Both the position numbers and the translations under genes were made by a program. Source: Candidatus Saccharimonadota bacterium (GTDB lineage Bacteria; Pseudomonadota; Alphaproteobacteria; Rickettsiales; Anaplasmataceae). From it: a DNA stretch of 32,000 nucleotides. Below are positions 1 to 11,330 of the stretch, in pieces. The stretch's first letter is position 1, and each line of letters begins with the position of its first letter. The DNA lies in assembly GCF_013365475.1 (NCBI RefSeq), contig NZ_CP046579.1, positions 720,001-752,000 on the forward strand, read 5' to 3'. The notes under the pieces were generated by a model, which saw only the letters and a list, made by a program, of their open reading frames with translations, did no database searches and was not told where the DNA came from.

Positions 1-241
1 TATCGTTTCATTCCTACTCTATTTCCAAAAATTGGAAAATTGAAAACAAGGATTTCTTATTCTTAACTTTTCATAAAAATAGAAATAGATTTCATCTTTA
101 CTATGAGTTTTACCTAGCCCGGACAAAAGCAGAAACCTCAGCTTGATTTTACTCTATTATCTTCAAATAAATTTGAATTTTAACCTTTTTCTAGTTCAGC
201 ATAACTTTGTAAAGGTAAACACAATTTAAAAAGATATCCAG

Positions 242-583
242 TCACTGGAATTCCATATAATTCAAAAAACATTTAGATTTCATGCCAAATTTCAACTCAG
301 AATCTATAGAGACTAGAAACAAGTTCTGAGCTAGAAATGCTTTAGCTATTAAAACGATGGCATTTGTCGAAATTTTCAAGTTCCTCGTACCTTTACATCT
401 CCTTAGAATACATGCTTCTATAGCTAAGATAACTATAATGCTCCCAAAATTATAAACAGTATTTCTTACTACACTTCCTAGCATCGCTTTTGGAAAGTTT
501 TTTATAGAATAATAGTTAATAAAAACACCTCCTACATAACTTGTAATAAAGTACTTTGAGTGGTTCTTTGTAACTATATTCAA
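242..583 (-). CDS. Hypothetical 113-codon ORF, possibly a fragment of a decayed gene
   Basis: The stretch is stop-free and is not antisense to any recognised gene. It starts at TTG in a TTGA overlap with the ubiA stop; the first ATG is at codon 34. I recognise no family. The downstream sequence to the window edge is full of stops. Confidence 0.25.
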   Translation of the reverse strand: MNIVTKNHSKYFITSYVGGVFINYYSIKNFPKAMLGSVVRNTVYNFGSIIVILAIEACILRRCKGTRNLKISTNAIVLIAKAFLAQNLFLVSIDSELKFGMKSKCFLNYMEFQ

Positions 584-1440
584 TTTACCATTCTATCTAA
601 AAGAATACTAAAGAAAAGCAGTAGTCCTACATAAGAATTATTTTTAAATATGTACATACATTTACTAGGATCATTGAGATCAAGATCTTTGTATTGGTAG
701 TAAAATGCAAACCCTATAGCAAGTAAGGCAATATAAAAAACGTTATTTAAAGATGATAATATACCAGCACATAGCCATATCATAATGGAAATTATGTAAA
801 ACGTTCTTAACCAACATTTTGTTGTATTGCCAAAATACAATGCAGTTGATCTTACTCCTAATTTTTCATCATCTACTCTATCCTGATGAGCATATATGGT
901 ATCGTAGCCCAGTGTCCAAAAGATACATCCCACATAAAAAAATATAGGTTCTATACTAACCTGATTTTTTACCGCCGTCCAACCCATGAGTGAACCCATA
1001 TTAAAAGTAAACCCTAAAAACAACTGTGGACACCAAAGGTAACGTTTTAATAAAGGATAAATAATAACCATACACATAGAGACTATTCCAAGTATAAGGG
1101 TAGTTTTATTGGTGAGCAATAGAATCACTAGTGCAATAGATAGCAACAGAGAAAGCAAAGTCAAAGCCTGCTTTAAGTTTAGTAAACCACTTGCAAGTGG
1201 TCTATGCTTTGTCCTTTCAACGCACGCATCTATCTCTTTATCAAAAATATCATTAACTATGCAACCCGCAGACCTCATTAAAAATGCACCCACAGTGAAT
1301 AAAAAAGAGATAAAAAAAGTTTGCCATGATAGAGGAGAAGCTGATGCTAAAATAATCCCACTTAAACTAGGGAATAATATGAGCCAAAAACCTGTCAAAT
1401 TATTCAATCTAATCAACAAAAAGTAACGATTAAAATACAT
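580..1440 (-). CDS. ubiA: 4-hydroxybenzoate polyprenyltransferase (UbiA family)
   Basis: 286 aa and polytopic. It carries both Asp-rich prenyltransferase motifs: NDIFDKEIDACVERTKHRPLASG and YAHQDRVDDEKLGVRSTAL. Confidence 0.9.
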   Translation of the reverse strand: MYFNRYFLLIRLNNLTGFWLILFPSLSGIILASASPLSWQTFFISFLFTVGAFLMRSAGCIVNDIFDKEIDACVERTKHRPLASGLLNLKQALTLLSLLLSIALVILLLTNKTTLILGIVSMCMVIIYPLLKRYLWCPQLFLGFTFNMGSLMGWTAVKNQVSIEPIFFYVGCIFWTLGYDTIYAHQDRVDDEKLGVRSTALYFGNTTKCWLRTFYIISIMIWLCAGILSSLNNVFYIALLAIGFAFYYQYKDLDLNDPSKCMYIFKNNSYVGLLLFFSILLDRMVN

Positions 1441-1443
1441 CGA

Positions 1444-1791
1444 TCAAGTGCGATTACCTAGTATTTTATTTATATTAACAAAATTATTAAATGCTAAATC
1501 AAGTTTAAAAACTAACTTAGGTACAAATCGTAAATTAACATAAACCAATAAAGATTTGTGTATCAACCATGCAGACCTGTTAATTTCATTAATAACAATA
1601 TCAGCAGCACAATCTTTTCCACTTAACGAAGATAGCACAACATATATGTCTGCTTTTTTAAAATCCTTACTTAACTTCACCTTAGATACTATCACATTCT
1701 TATTATTGAATAACTTTCCTTCCATCAATACTCTAGATATTGCCCTATGTAATACAGATGCTATTCTCAGACTTCTAATTTCCTTCTTCAT
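1444..1791 (-). CDS. rbfA: Ribosome-binding factor A
   Basis: 115 aa. It sits immediately downstream of infB in the conserved nusA-infB-rbfA order. RbfA-like pattern: RSLRIASVLHRAIS...VSKVKLSKDFKKADIYV...LRFVPKLVFKLD. Confidence 0.85.
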   Translation of the reverse strand: MKKEIRSLRIASVLHRAISRVLMEGKLFNNKNVIVSKVKLSKDFKKADIYVVLSSLSGKDCAADIVINEINRSAWLIHKSLLVYVNLRFVPKLVFKLDLAFNNFVNINKILGNRT

Positions 1792-1799
1792 ATTTGCTA

Positions 1800-4121
1800 C
1801 TATAATAGCCTTTCTTCCTGTACTAAGTGATAAATTTCCAAAAGATCCCCGATCCTAACATCAATATTAACATCAAGAAACATTCCACATTCAAAACCTG
1901 CGCTTACCTCTTTAACATCATCTTTAAATCTACGCAAAGCTTTCAACTTTCCTTTGCATATTAACTTACTATTGCGTATTACCTTAATTAAAGAATCTCT
2001 TTCTATAACTCCATTGCTTACATAACATCCAATAATATTACCAGCTTTAGATACACTGAATACCTGCTTCACTGATGCAGATCCAATATGTACTTCCCTT
2101 ATTATTGGCTTTAATACTTTAGTCAGATACATTCTCATGTCATCAATGAGTTCATATATTATGCCATAAGCATGTATTTTTACACCCTTTTGTTTTGCCA
2201 AATCCTTTACTTTTGAATCTGCCTTGACATTAAATGCTAAAATTACTGCATTTGACGCTTCTGCAAGCAACACATCTGAATCTGTTACTCCTCCTACTGC
2301 CTTATGTAAGATGTTTAATTTTACTTGACCTTTGCCTAATTTACCAATTGAATTTGATATTGCTTCAATAGAACCAGTGACATCGCATTTTAAAAGTACA
2401 GATATTTCTTCTATTTTATTATCATCATAACTAAGTATACTAAAATTATTATTATTTAAATTACCTTCATTTTTTCTGGCTAACTCTAATCTATATTCAA
2501 TTATTTCACGGGTTTGTCTCTCAGAATTCACAACAACAAACTTATCTCCAGCATTCGGTACACCGTTTAGACCATTAATTTCAACTGGAGTAGAAGGCAG
2601 AGCAATCTTCTCTTTCTGACCAAGATGATTAACCATACTACGTACTTTACCATACGTTGTACCTGCTACTAACATATCGCCAACCTTTAGCGTCCCTTCC
2701 TCAATTATCAACGTAGCTGATATCCCTTTAATTTTATCAACTTTAGATTCCACCACCCACCCAAGTGCTCGACAATCTTCTATTGCCTCAAGCTTCATTA
2801 ACTCAGCAATTAATAAGATTGCCTCTTCTAGCTTATCTAAGTTAACTCTCTTTTTTGCTGACACTTGTATCACTATAATATCACCACCAAGCTCTTCAGG
2901 GATAAGATCATACTGAGGTAAACTATTAATTATCTTCTTTAGATCTCCAGGCTGTGACTTGTCAATTTTATTGATAGCAATAATAATAGAAGCATTTGCA
3001 GCTTTTGCATGATTTATAGCCTCAATTGTTTGTCTCATTATTCCATCATCAGCTGCAATGACTATCACAACTATGTCAGTAATGTTAGCACCACACGCAC
3101 GCATTGCAGTAAATGCTTCATGTCCTGGTGTATCAATAAAAGTAATTTTTTGCCTATTTTTTGTAACTATCTGATAAGCGCCTATATGTTGAGTTATCCC
3201 ACCAGACTCCATCTCTGCAATATTAGATTCGCGGAATGCATCAAGCAACGAAGTTTTTCCATGATCAACATGTCCCATAAATGTAACAACTGGTGGCTTA
3301 GGTTTCTTAATTAAGCTTTTCTTATTTTCTACAAAAAATAAATCTCTTTCCTTGTCAGCATTACTTACTCGTTTAGCTATATGATTGAATTTTCTCACTA
3401 TTCTACATGCTATACCTGGATCTATAGAATCATCAGCTTTGTGATCTTTATTTACTTCTTCTCTCAACACTCCTAGTACATCTTTACTGTCCTCTGCCAT
3501 ACGAATAGATAATTCCCTGATGGTAATCTTATCTGGTATGATAACTTCCCTTGATATGTTTTTGCCTTTAATAAACTTTGATTTTTTACTTCTTATCCCA
3601 AATTTTTGCTTAAATACTGAACCTTGCTCAGCCTTATCATCCATCGACTGCGCAATTATTAGCTTAGAATATTTAGAATATATATCTTTATTACTCTTTA
3701 AAGGCCTCTTGCTGATACCTATGTCATCAATTCCATCTTCCATCATCTTTACTAAGTTAAAACCGCTTGAACTTCTTTCTTTAGTTACTTTAAGTGAAGT
3801 ACTAGAAAACCCGTTTTCATTATCAATCTTCTTATTACCACCTTCCTTCGTCATTGTTTCCTTTTCTTTTTTTAGAACTTTCTCTTTTAGCAGGGCAGCA
3901 TTTTGCACTGCATTAATACGGGAAATCTGCTCTTTTTCTGTTAATGAACCTAACTTGCTTTCCTCTTGCTCTTCTGAACCACCGATTTTTCTTCTTCTTT
4001 TTTTTACTACCATAGCTCCTGTACTTGCACTCAGTGGATGATCAAAATCAAAACCAAATTTAAGCTTGTTAAAACCTTGAAGTGTTAATTTTTTATCACT
4101 GATACTTTCTTCGCTGTTCAT
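1800..4121 (-). CDS. infB: Translation initiation factor IF-2
   Basis: 773 aa. GTPase motifs: [13 protein letters not shown] (G1), DTPGHEAF (G3), NKIDK (G4). It follows nusA after a 9-bp gap. Confidence 0.97.
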   Translation of the reverse strand: MNSEESISDKKLTLQGFNKLKFGFDFDHPLSASTGAMVVKKRRRKIGGSEEQEESKLGSLTEKEQISRINAVQNAALLKEKVLKKEKETMTKEGGNKKIDNENGFSSTSLKVTKERSSSGFNLVKMMEDGIDDIGISKRPLKSNKDIYSKYSKLIIAQSMDDKAEQGSVFKQKFGIRSKKSKFIKGKNISREVIIPDKITIRELSIRMAEDSKDVLGVLREEVNKDHKADDSIDPGIACRIVRKFNHIAKRVSNADKERDLFFVENKKSLIKKPKPPVVTFMGHVDHGKTSLLDAFRESNIAEMESGGITQHIGAYQIVTKNRQKITFIDTPGHEAFTAMRACGANITDIVVIVIAADDGIMRQTIEAINHAKAANASIIIAINKIDKSQPGDLKKIINSLPQYDLIPEELGGDIIVIQVSAKKRVNLDKLEEAILLIAELMKLEAIEDCRALGWVVESKVDKIKGISATLIIEEGTLKVGDMLVAGTTYGKVRSMVNHLGQKEKIALPSTPVEINGLNGVPNAGDKFVVVNSERQTREIIEYRLELARKNEGNLNNNNFSILSYDDNKIEEISVLLKCDVTGSIEAISNSIGKLGKGQVKLNILHKAVGGVTDSDVLLAEASNAVILAFNVKADSKVKDLAKQKGVKIHAYGIIYELIDDMRMYLTKVLKPIIREVHIGSASVKQVFSVSKAGNIIGCYVSNGVIERDSLIKVIRNSKLICKGKLKALRRFKDDVKEVSAGFECGMFLDVNIDVRIGDLLEIYHLVQEERLL

Positions 4122-4130
4122 ACTACTTTG

Positions 4131-5693
4131 CTATATTACACCAAGTTTCTTACGTGCTTCCATGATTATCAAATCGACTACATCTCTTAAATCCTCTCTA
4201 TTGCTTTCTGAATCAGAAAGTATACTACAAAATTCATAACTAGATAAATCTGCTACGTCTTCTAAAGTTTTAATACCATGTTTGCTGAGAGCAATTTTAC
4301 CATCTATTGACAAGGGCAGGTTGATTACATCATCTTCCATACCTAAAATTTTTAATTCCTCTACTTTTTTATCATTTTTTACTTTCAAGTATTTTTTTGC
4401 TCTGCTACGTAGCTCACTTGCAATATCTTCATTAAAGCCTTCTATCGAAGCAAGCTCTTTAACCGAAGCATCAGATATATCTTCTACACTTGAAAAACCT
4501 TCTGTAACTAACAATTGGCCCATGATTTCCTCTAAATTTAGAGCTTCAGCAAACAAAGCTGAACATTGGCTCAGCTCTCTATTCCTTCTTTCTGACTCTT
4601 GCTGAGTACTCAGTATTTCAATCTTCCACCCGATAAGCTCTGAAGCCAATCTTACATTTTGACCTTTTTTCCCTATAGCTAAGCTTAATTGATCTTCTGG
4701 AACTATTAATTCTATACAATTTTCATTTTCATCAATAATAACTTTTGATACTTCTGCAGGAGTAATTGCTTTAATAACAAACTGCCCAAGATCTGAAGAG
4801 TAATTTATAACATCAATTTTTTCCCCATTCAATTCATGTATTATGGTTTTTATCCTTTCTCCCTTAACACCAACACAAGCACCTACTGGATCTATGTTCT
4901 TATCAGGAGAAAAAACAGCAACCTTAGACCTTGATCCTGCATCTCTAGCTATACCTTTGATTACCACTAGACCATCAGCAACCTCTGGTATTTCTTGATT
5001 TAATAATGCCTCTAAAAATCCTCCATGTGATCTAGAGAGAATAATTTGTCGCCCATCATCAGAATGTTTAACAGTTTGTATATAAGCTTTAACCTTATCA
5101 CCTTCACGAAAGGATTCACCACCGATTAAATTTCGCAATGGAAGATATGCTCTAGCCCCATTTATATCTATAATCAAATCTGAATACTCTACTTGTTTAA
5201 CAATACCACATCTTATTTCTCCTATCTTATTTCTAAATTCCAAGTACTGTTTCTTCAATTCTTCATACTTAATTACTTGAGCAATTCTTTGCTGGGCAAT
5301 TCTTGCTGAAGCAAGATCAGTACTCAGAGAAAGGAACTCATTAATAGTATCTCCAACTTTTGCGTCCTCTTTTATTAACTTAGCTTGAGTAAGAACAATT
5401 GATTCATATTCATTATTTTCTTCCTTACCTAACCCATCATCAATAACTTTTAATTCTCTGTATAAAATAACTTTTCCTGTACTTCTATCTACATTAACTA
5501 CAACTCTGCTTTTATTACCATATTTTTGGTAAGCTACTGCTTCTATCGCACTCTCTAATGCCTTTATTATCACCTCAAAATCTAGACCCTTCTGAAGTGA
5601 AAGTTCTGCTGCTGTTTTTACTATATCGATATTCCCAACTAAGTCACCTTTATCACTCTTCTGCTTGATACTACTTTTACGATTAGCAACCAT
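4131..5693 (-). CDS. nusA: Transcription termination/antitermination factor NusA
   Basis: 520 aa. It has S1 and KH regions (GDKVKAYI..., LSLAIGKKGQNVRLASELIGWKIEI) and a C-terminal HhH-type acidic repeat region. It lies upstream of infB. Confidence 0.95.
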   Translation of the reverse strand: MVANRKSSIKQKSDKGDLVGNIDIVKTAAELSLQKGLDFEVIIKALESAIEAVAYQKYGNKSRVVVNVDRSTGKVILYRELKVIDDGLGKEENNEYESIVLTQAKLIKEDAKVGDTINEFLSLSTDLASARIAQQRIAQVIKYEELKKQYLEFRNKIGEIRCGIVKQVEYSDLIIDINGARAYLPLRNLIGGESFREGDKVKAYIQTVKHSDDGRQIILSRSHGGFLEALLNQEIPEVADGLVVIKGIARDAGSRSKVAVFSPDKNIDPVGACVGVKGERIKTIIHELNGEKIDVINYSSDLGQFVIKAITPAEVSKVIIDENENCIELIVPEDQLSLAIGKKGQNVRLASELIGWKIEILSTQQESERRNRELSQCSALFAEALNLEEIMGQLLVTEGFSSVEDISDASVKELASIEGFNEDIASELRSRAKKYLKVKNDKKVEELKILGMEDDVINLPLSIDGKIALSKHGIKTLEDVADLSSYEFCSILSDSESNREDLRDVVDLIIMEARKKLGVI

Positions 5694-5755
5694 AATAAAT
5701 GAATCCTATACAACTAATTAAACTATTCTTAGAATAGGCAAAAATAATACTTTCA

Positions 5756-5783
5756 ATAGTAAATAAGTACTAATCTAAGTCAA
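5756..5783 (-). promoter_or_regulatory. Candidate sigma-70 promoter for nusA (TTGACT, 16 nt, TACTAT)
   Basis: Read on the minus strand: TTGACT (5783..5778), a 16-nt spacer, then TACTAT (5761..5756), about 63 nt upstream of the nusA ATG. A 15-bp palindrome, CTATTCTTAGAATAG (5723..5737), lies in the predicted leader. This is a motif match only. Confidence 0.3.
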
Positions 5784-7109
5784 GCCTTTTCACATCTTCA
5801 CATTATAAGCAACATAAGTCTAGACAAACTAGAACTATTTATCTATCCAATTAGAGAATACTCCATATACCAACATTCATTTGGATGTTAACTCACTAGC
5901 GGACTATAGTGTATCATATGCAACCTGTAAAAATCGATATTAAGTTTATTAACATATCACTTAGGTAAAGTGCTAACATAAAATTCTTTAAGAGAAGATT
6001 CAGATATAAAAATACTTTAACTTTCATGCATTAAATAGACATCAAAGCATAGTAAAAAGAAACATTAAATTCAATTTAGCACATCCTACATATAGGATAC
6101 CATCATTATCATTGTTTCCTGTCATAAAAGCAGTAACTGAACAGAGCTATCTAATGCTCTATTACCACACATTATAACCTAGAAATTTTAAGCTATAGAT
6201 CACACATGAACAGAAAACTTGTGTTTCTCAATATCTTTATGATCCCAGTTCACTTTATTGTTATTGAGATATCTGCTGGCAGCTTTTCACTATCTCAACA
6301 GAAACCAAGAGATTTAATAAATAACCCATTATAGAAACCTGCATGCCATGACACTTCCCCTATGCAATCTTTATAGGAATATCATACAAAACTGCAACAA
6401 AAAGTATTACTTTCCTTTCCTTACTATAAAATATGTTTTCATGTCAATACCTTAACGCCAACACCTTCTAAAATTTTATATTTAAAATGAGTTAGACACT
6501 AATCAGTTTTCATAATTTCTATGAAAGTTGTAAAACATTATGATCATAACTGTAAAAAAGATCATTTGTATTACTCGAGTCTAGTTTCAAGAAGTGGTTG
6601 TAAATACAACTTCAAATACAACAAAATGCAAAAGCAAAATAAGTTACACATGCTTTAGCTGAAGCTTTTGTTCTTTTCAAAAGAAGAAAAACACCTGAAA
6701 ATTAACTAAAATATATATTCAGTGTATAATAACTTTAGAAAAAGATTTAAGCTCTCATCTTTTTACATTTTTTCTTATTTTTAGTTACATTATCGATAAG
6801 ATGCTTTTTACTACATGATCAATATCAACTCTAGTCCTATTGTATCACAAGCTCTTAATTCTAAGATGTATTACAATCACCATAAATGAAAATACTATAA
6901 GTATAGAAACGTCATCAACCATCACTCAAAAAAAATACAGAAGTAAAACATCTGAAGAAATTCTTAAGAAAGAAAACTACCAACAATCATAGCTACAATT
7001 TGTAATTTTCAGCAATAAGTAGTATAATAGGGCAATTATTGCTAATAACCACTCTATTAATTATTTTAATAATTTGTATTAAACAATCAAAAACTACACA
7101 AAAGACTTC

Positions 7110-9740
7110 ATTATTTAGCAATAATATCTTACCTAGGAAGTACTGGCATCCCTGAAAAAGACAAGTATATTTTTCAATATCTTAGCTTCATTTGGTATCT
7201 AGAAGGCCTCATGGGAAATGATTTCTTATTCCTCTGTAACTTGTTGTGACCTACAGCACCTATTTGTCGCAGCAAGCTTGAAATTTTAGACCAGTACAAT
7301 AAGGAAAACAGCAAGCAGAAATTTCCCTATCATCAAAAATTGCTACTTCTAAAGAATGAAGCAGTTTCCACCCATTAACACTAAAATCAGCAACCTTCTA
7401 AGTCAAATATCCCATTTTTCACTATCATTATATGTCAATGAAAAAAGCCGATTGTCTCTTTATACTTACTGCTCAAAGCTCTACGTAATCACAGCTTTAA
7501 TTCCAAGTAACGCAACACCCCCCCTGCTGCCCAATCCCTACTTGACTTTGTACCATACTCTTTTCCTGCAATAATAACTAACGGAATATCGTCTTCCCTA
7601 TAATGCATTGCAGCATCAAAAATCGATATAGTCTCTTGAGAAGAAATATGCTTTGTGTAGCCTATTCAATATTTACCATTTCATTCCTTATTCTGGGATT
7701 AGCAAGGTCCACACATCATCCACATTATGGTTGCCACGACGGATCCATATGAATTAAAATCCCATAACTCAATTCTAAGATCCTTTAAATACAGTCCAGC
7801 AGACTATTTGAAGTAATACCTCTCTGCAGGAGAAATATGATCAGTAGTCATACTGTCACCAAACACTGCTAGCCTGTATGCATTCCTTATGCTAACTACA
7901 TTGTTTTTATAATCATTCATTAACAAATCAATGAAATAAGTAAGATTTTATATATAAGTGCTTCTCACATTCCAGTCATAGACTTCGCTTTTCCTGTATT
8001 TTATTTTTTGCTAACGATCATCACCACAGAAAATATTTCTGTATCTTTGTAAGAACATCTCACGTGTCACAACACTTCTAACATAGTTTTCAATTTCACT
8101 GCTTGTTGGTCATAAATCTTTTAGATAAACACCACACCCATCTATACTTTCACATATAGGATCTTTTGTTAGGTCAATTCGTACAGTGCCTGCAAGTGCG
8201 TATATGATAACAAGTAAATGAGATACCAAGCAGTTAGCTTTAGCCAAAGGATGGATTCTTCCCTTAAAGTTGCGATCACCAGATAAAACTGTAGCAACAG
8301 TTAAGTTTTTGCTTTTTATATCATTTGCTACATCTTTACCTAGCAGGCTAGAATTCCCGATGCATGTTGTACAGCTGTAACCAACTAAATTAAAGACTAA
8401 AGCATTTAGATACTTTTGTAATCCTGACTTTTCTAAATAGTCCATCGCAACTTGTGCCCCATGGAGCAAGAGAAGCTTTATCCAAGGTTTTTTTGATTTT
8501 ATTCCAAGTTTAACTGCACTGCGTGCTACAAGACCAGCAGCAATCATCATATTTGGGTTTGAAGCAATTAGTACAACTAGTTATTGCAGCAATAACCACA
8601 CTTTTATCTTGAAGTCCGTCACCTTCTCTCAATTCGTTAACTTAAAAAGATTTAGAAAAAGATTCCGAAACTTGGAAAGCAAAATTTTATCTTATGGTCT
8701 TTTTAGACCAGCCATTACTGTTTGCACACTTGATAAATCAAACTCTAGTATATCAAAAAATGATAACCTATTATTACATTGCAATAAACCTTGCTCTTCT
8801 GCATAAACTTCAACCAACTTAATTAACCTTTCTGGCCTTCTAGTTAGATCTAAATAATCTAGAGTTTTCTAATCAATTGGGAAAAATCCACAAGTTGCAC
8901 CATACTCTGGTACCATGTTTGCTGTTGTTGCTCTATCTGCTACAGACAAGTAACCAACCCACTACCGTAAAATTCTACAAACTTACCAATAACACCTTTT
9001 CCCCCTCAAAACATTTGTAATTGTCAGTACAAGATCAGTCACAGTTGCTCCTTCTGATGGTTTCCCGGTTAATTCAAACCCTGCTACTTCTGGAATTAGC
9101 ATGTTAATTGGTTGACCAAGCATTACAGACTCAGCTTCTATTCCACTAACACCCCAAACCAAGAATTGATAAACCATTAACCATAGTGGTATGACTATCT
9201 GTACCCAACTACAGTATCAGGGTATACAACTCCATCTTTGTTGCATACAACTTGTGCTAAGTACTCAATATTCACCTGGTGACAAATCCCTTTGGCCAGG
9301 TAGTATCACTCTAAAATTCTTAAATGAGTAGATTGCAGATACAAGAAATGCATCAGTATAAAACTACCATGTAGATTTTACTAGTCCAACTATCGGATTG
9401 AAGTGTTTACTTACTTCTGTAGCTTGCAATGAATTCAATGATAAAACTTAATATGTTCAGTTTTTTTAAACATTGCATATTTTTTGAACTAGTTTTTTTA
9501 CAAGCTAAAATACTTTTATAAGTCTTATGAAACCTTTTAGCAGAAAAATACAATATGAGAAATGAGCTATTTTTCAGGTTTTATTACTCAATAAATTTTT
9601 AAACTAACTCATGAATTAATGAGTATTTGCCTTTATTTATGTTATAAATAATACTGCTTCTATGGTGACAATGTTTTCAGCTGAACTTTATATTTTAGAA
9701 AAATTCATCTTGAAAGAGTTAAGCTTTAATGTTATAAAAT
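7110..9740 (-). pseudogene. acnA: Aconitate hydratase (AcnA-type) pseudogene, roughly full length, with many frameshifts and in-frame stops
   Basis: Minus-strand translation across changing frames gives collinear AcnA motifs. These are [199 protein letters not shown] and a terminal QYFLGKILL. Track ORFs 8110..8550 and 8983..9177 are surviving fragments. There is a frameshift just 5' of the 8550 Met and stops near 7470-7500. The end coordinates are approximate. Confidence 0.85.
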
Positions 9741-9774
9741 GCTGTAATTTTCCACTTAAGCTTTTATATTAACT

Positions 9775-11022
9775 ATGAATGTAAAAAATAAGAAAGTACA
9801 TAATACTAAAGTAAAGCTACCAATATTTCTTGACTACCAGTCAACTACTAAAGTAGATCCTCGTGTTTTAAAGGTGATGATACCTTATTTCAATGAGTTT
9901 AGCAATGCACATTCCAGGAGTCATTCATTCGGTTGGATTGCTGAGGAAGCAGTAGGAAAAGCAAGAAGGTATATTGCAGATCTAGTAAATGCAGATAGCA
10001 AAGAAATTGTCTTCACCTCAGGTGCAACTGAGTCAAATAACATGGCAATCAAAGGCATCGCTTATTTTTATAAAAATAAAGGAAACCATATAATAACTGT
10101 CTGCACAGAGCATAAGTGCGTTCTGGACTCTTGTAGGCACTTAGAGAATGAAGGCTTTAAAGTTACTTATCTACCTGTTAAGCGAAGTGGGATTATTGAT
10201 TTATTGAAACTAAAAGAAGCAATTACTGACAAAACAATTTTGGTCTCGGTAATGATGGCCAATAATGAAATTGGTGTAGTGCAACCTATCAAAGAAATAG
10301 GTACAATATGTAGAGAACACAATATATTTTTTCACACAGATGCTGCTCAAAGCTTTGGGAAAGTGCCAATTGATGTTAATGAAATGAATATTGATCTTAT
10401 GAGCCTTTCCAGTCATAAGATTTATGGGCCTATGGGAATAGGTGCATTGTATGTTCGAAGAAAGAATCCTCGTGTTAGGCTAACACCACTAATTAGTGGT
10501 GGCGGGCAGGAAAGAGGCATGCGTTCTGGCACAGTCCCAACTCCTCTCTCAGTTGGTTTCGGGGAAGCAGCGCGTATTGCTAAAGAAGAAATGAAAACAG
10601 AAGCAACTAAGTTGGAAGAATTAAGAAACATTTTGTATAGCAAGATAAGAGAAGCATTCCCTGATGTTGTTCTTAATGGAGATTATAAAAGCAGAATCCC
10701 CGGCAACTTAAACTTAAGTTTTCCATATGTTGAGGGTGAATCTCTCATCATGGCAATTAAGGATTTAGCGGTCAGCTCTGGTTCTGCATGTACATCTGCA
10801 TCTCTCGAGCCTTCTTATGTTATAAGGTCACTAAATAATGGGCATGATCTTGAGCATTCATCAATCAGGTTTGGTCTTGGCAGATTTACAACTAAAGACG
10901 AAATTCTATACGCAGCAGATCTCATTGCTAAAAATGTTGGACGACTGAGAGAGATGAGCCCACTCTGGGAAATGGTGCAAGAAGGGGTAGATCTAAGTAC
11001 TGTAAAATGGGACCTTCATTAA
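9775..11022 (+). CDS. iscS: Cysteine desulfurase IscS (PLP-dependent, group I)
   Basis: 415 aa. Motifs: [18 protein letters not shown] (PLP Lys), RSGTVPTPL, the active-site loop [16 protein letters not shown], and the IscS-type C-terminus [18 protein letters not shown]. Confidence 0.95.
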   Translation: MNVKNKKVHNTKVKLPIFLDYQSTTKVDPRVLKVMIPYFNEFSNAHSRSHSFGWIAEEAVGKARRYIADLVNADSKEIVFTSGATESNNMAIKGIAYFYKNKGNHIITVCTEHKCVLDSCRHLENEGFKVTYLPVKRSGIIDLLKLKEAITDKTILVSVMMANNEIGVVQPIKEIGTICREHNIFFHTDAAQSFGKVPIDVNEMNIDLMSLSSHKIYGPMGIGALYVRRKNPRVRLTPLISGGGQERGMRSGTVPTPLSVGFGEAARIAKEEMKTEATKLEELRNILYSKIREAFPDVVLNGDYKSRIPGNLNLSFPYVEGESLIMAIKDLAVSSGSACTSASLEPSYVIRSLNNGHDLEHSSIRFGLGRFTTKDEILYAADLIAKNVGRLREMSPLWEMVQEGVDLSTVKWDLH

Positions 11023-11031
11023 ATCCTATTC

Positions 11032-11330
11032 ATGAATAACATTGGTAAAGAAAATTAAGAAGTCTAATAAAAGGCCTATTCCTTCAAAAGGAGCAAAGGT
11101 GATAGACTTTAAGGAACTCAGGTTTAGACAAAAATAGTTTCTAAAGTACTCACTTATTTTGACATCAAAATAGCTTAGCTATATAAGTGAATTACATCAT
11201 TTTATAGAAGTTTTGGCAAAAATGAAGACAGGTAGAGGCTTAGTGGTATTGATAAATTAGGAATGTACTACAATCGTTAACCACACCACATTAGAGCAAA
11301 TTTAGCATCAATAAAAGTGCATAACTAAAA
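11032..11330 (+). pseudogene. iscU: Probable highly decayed iscU (Fe-S scaffold) relic
   Basis: It lies 10 bp after the iscS stop, the canonical iscU position. The frame starting at 11080 reads SKGDRL*GTQV..KIV..TYFDIKIA*LYK*ITSFYRSFGKNEDR*RLSGIDKL..R*PHHIRANLASIK. This aligns collinearly, with spacing within 1-3 residues, to IscU [64 protein letters not shown]. It has multiple stops and none of the three Cys ligands is retained. Identity is low, so this could be over-interpreted. Confidence 0.35.

Noticed and set aside
103-123. P-loop-like SGLGKTH as evidence for a DnaA/Hda-, RuvB- or TsaE-like relic
   Set aside because: It is only a 7-residue match in stop-rich sequence at the window edge, and the flanking residues fit none of these families convincingly. 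It is mentioned only as a lead.
1109-4605. Plus-strand track ORFs 1109..1426, 1556..1858, 3009..3314, 3520..4041 and 4282..4605 inside ubiA, rbfA, infB and nusA
   Set aside because: They lie antisense to strongly supported minus-strand genes, have low-complexity S/L/I/F-rich translations and match no recognisable motif. These are typical shadow ORFs.
7356-8806. Plus-strand ORFs 7356..7574 and 8609..8806
   Set aside because: They lie antisense to the aconitase pseudogene and show no motifs or ribosome-binding sites. They are chance open stretches in decaying DNA.
8110-9177. Minus-strand ORFs 8110..8550 and 8983..9177 as independent genes
   Set aside because: Both are internal pieces of AcnA: the CTTCIGNS/RNFKGRIHPL region and the GIEAE..MLGQP..IPEV region. 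They are interrupted by frameshifts on both sides and were folded into the acnA pseudogene call.
10210-10643. Minus-strand ORFs 10210..10416 and 10422..10643 inside iscS
   Set aside because: They are antisense shadows of the well-supported iscS.
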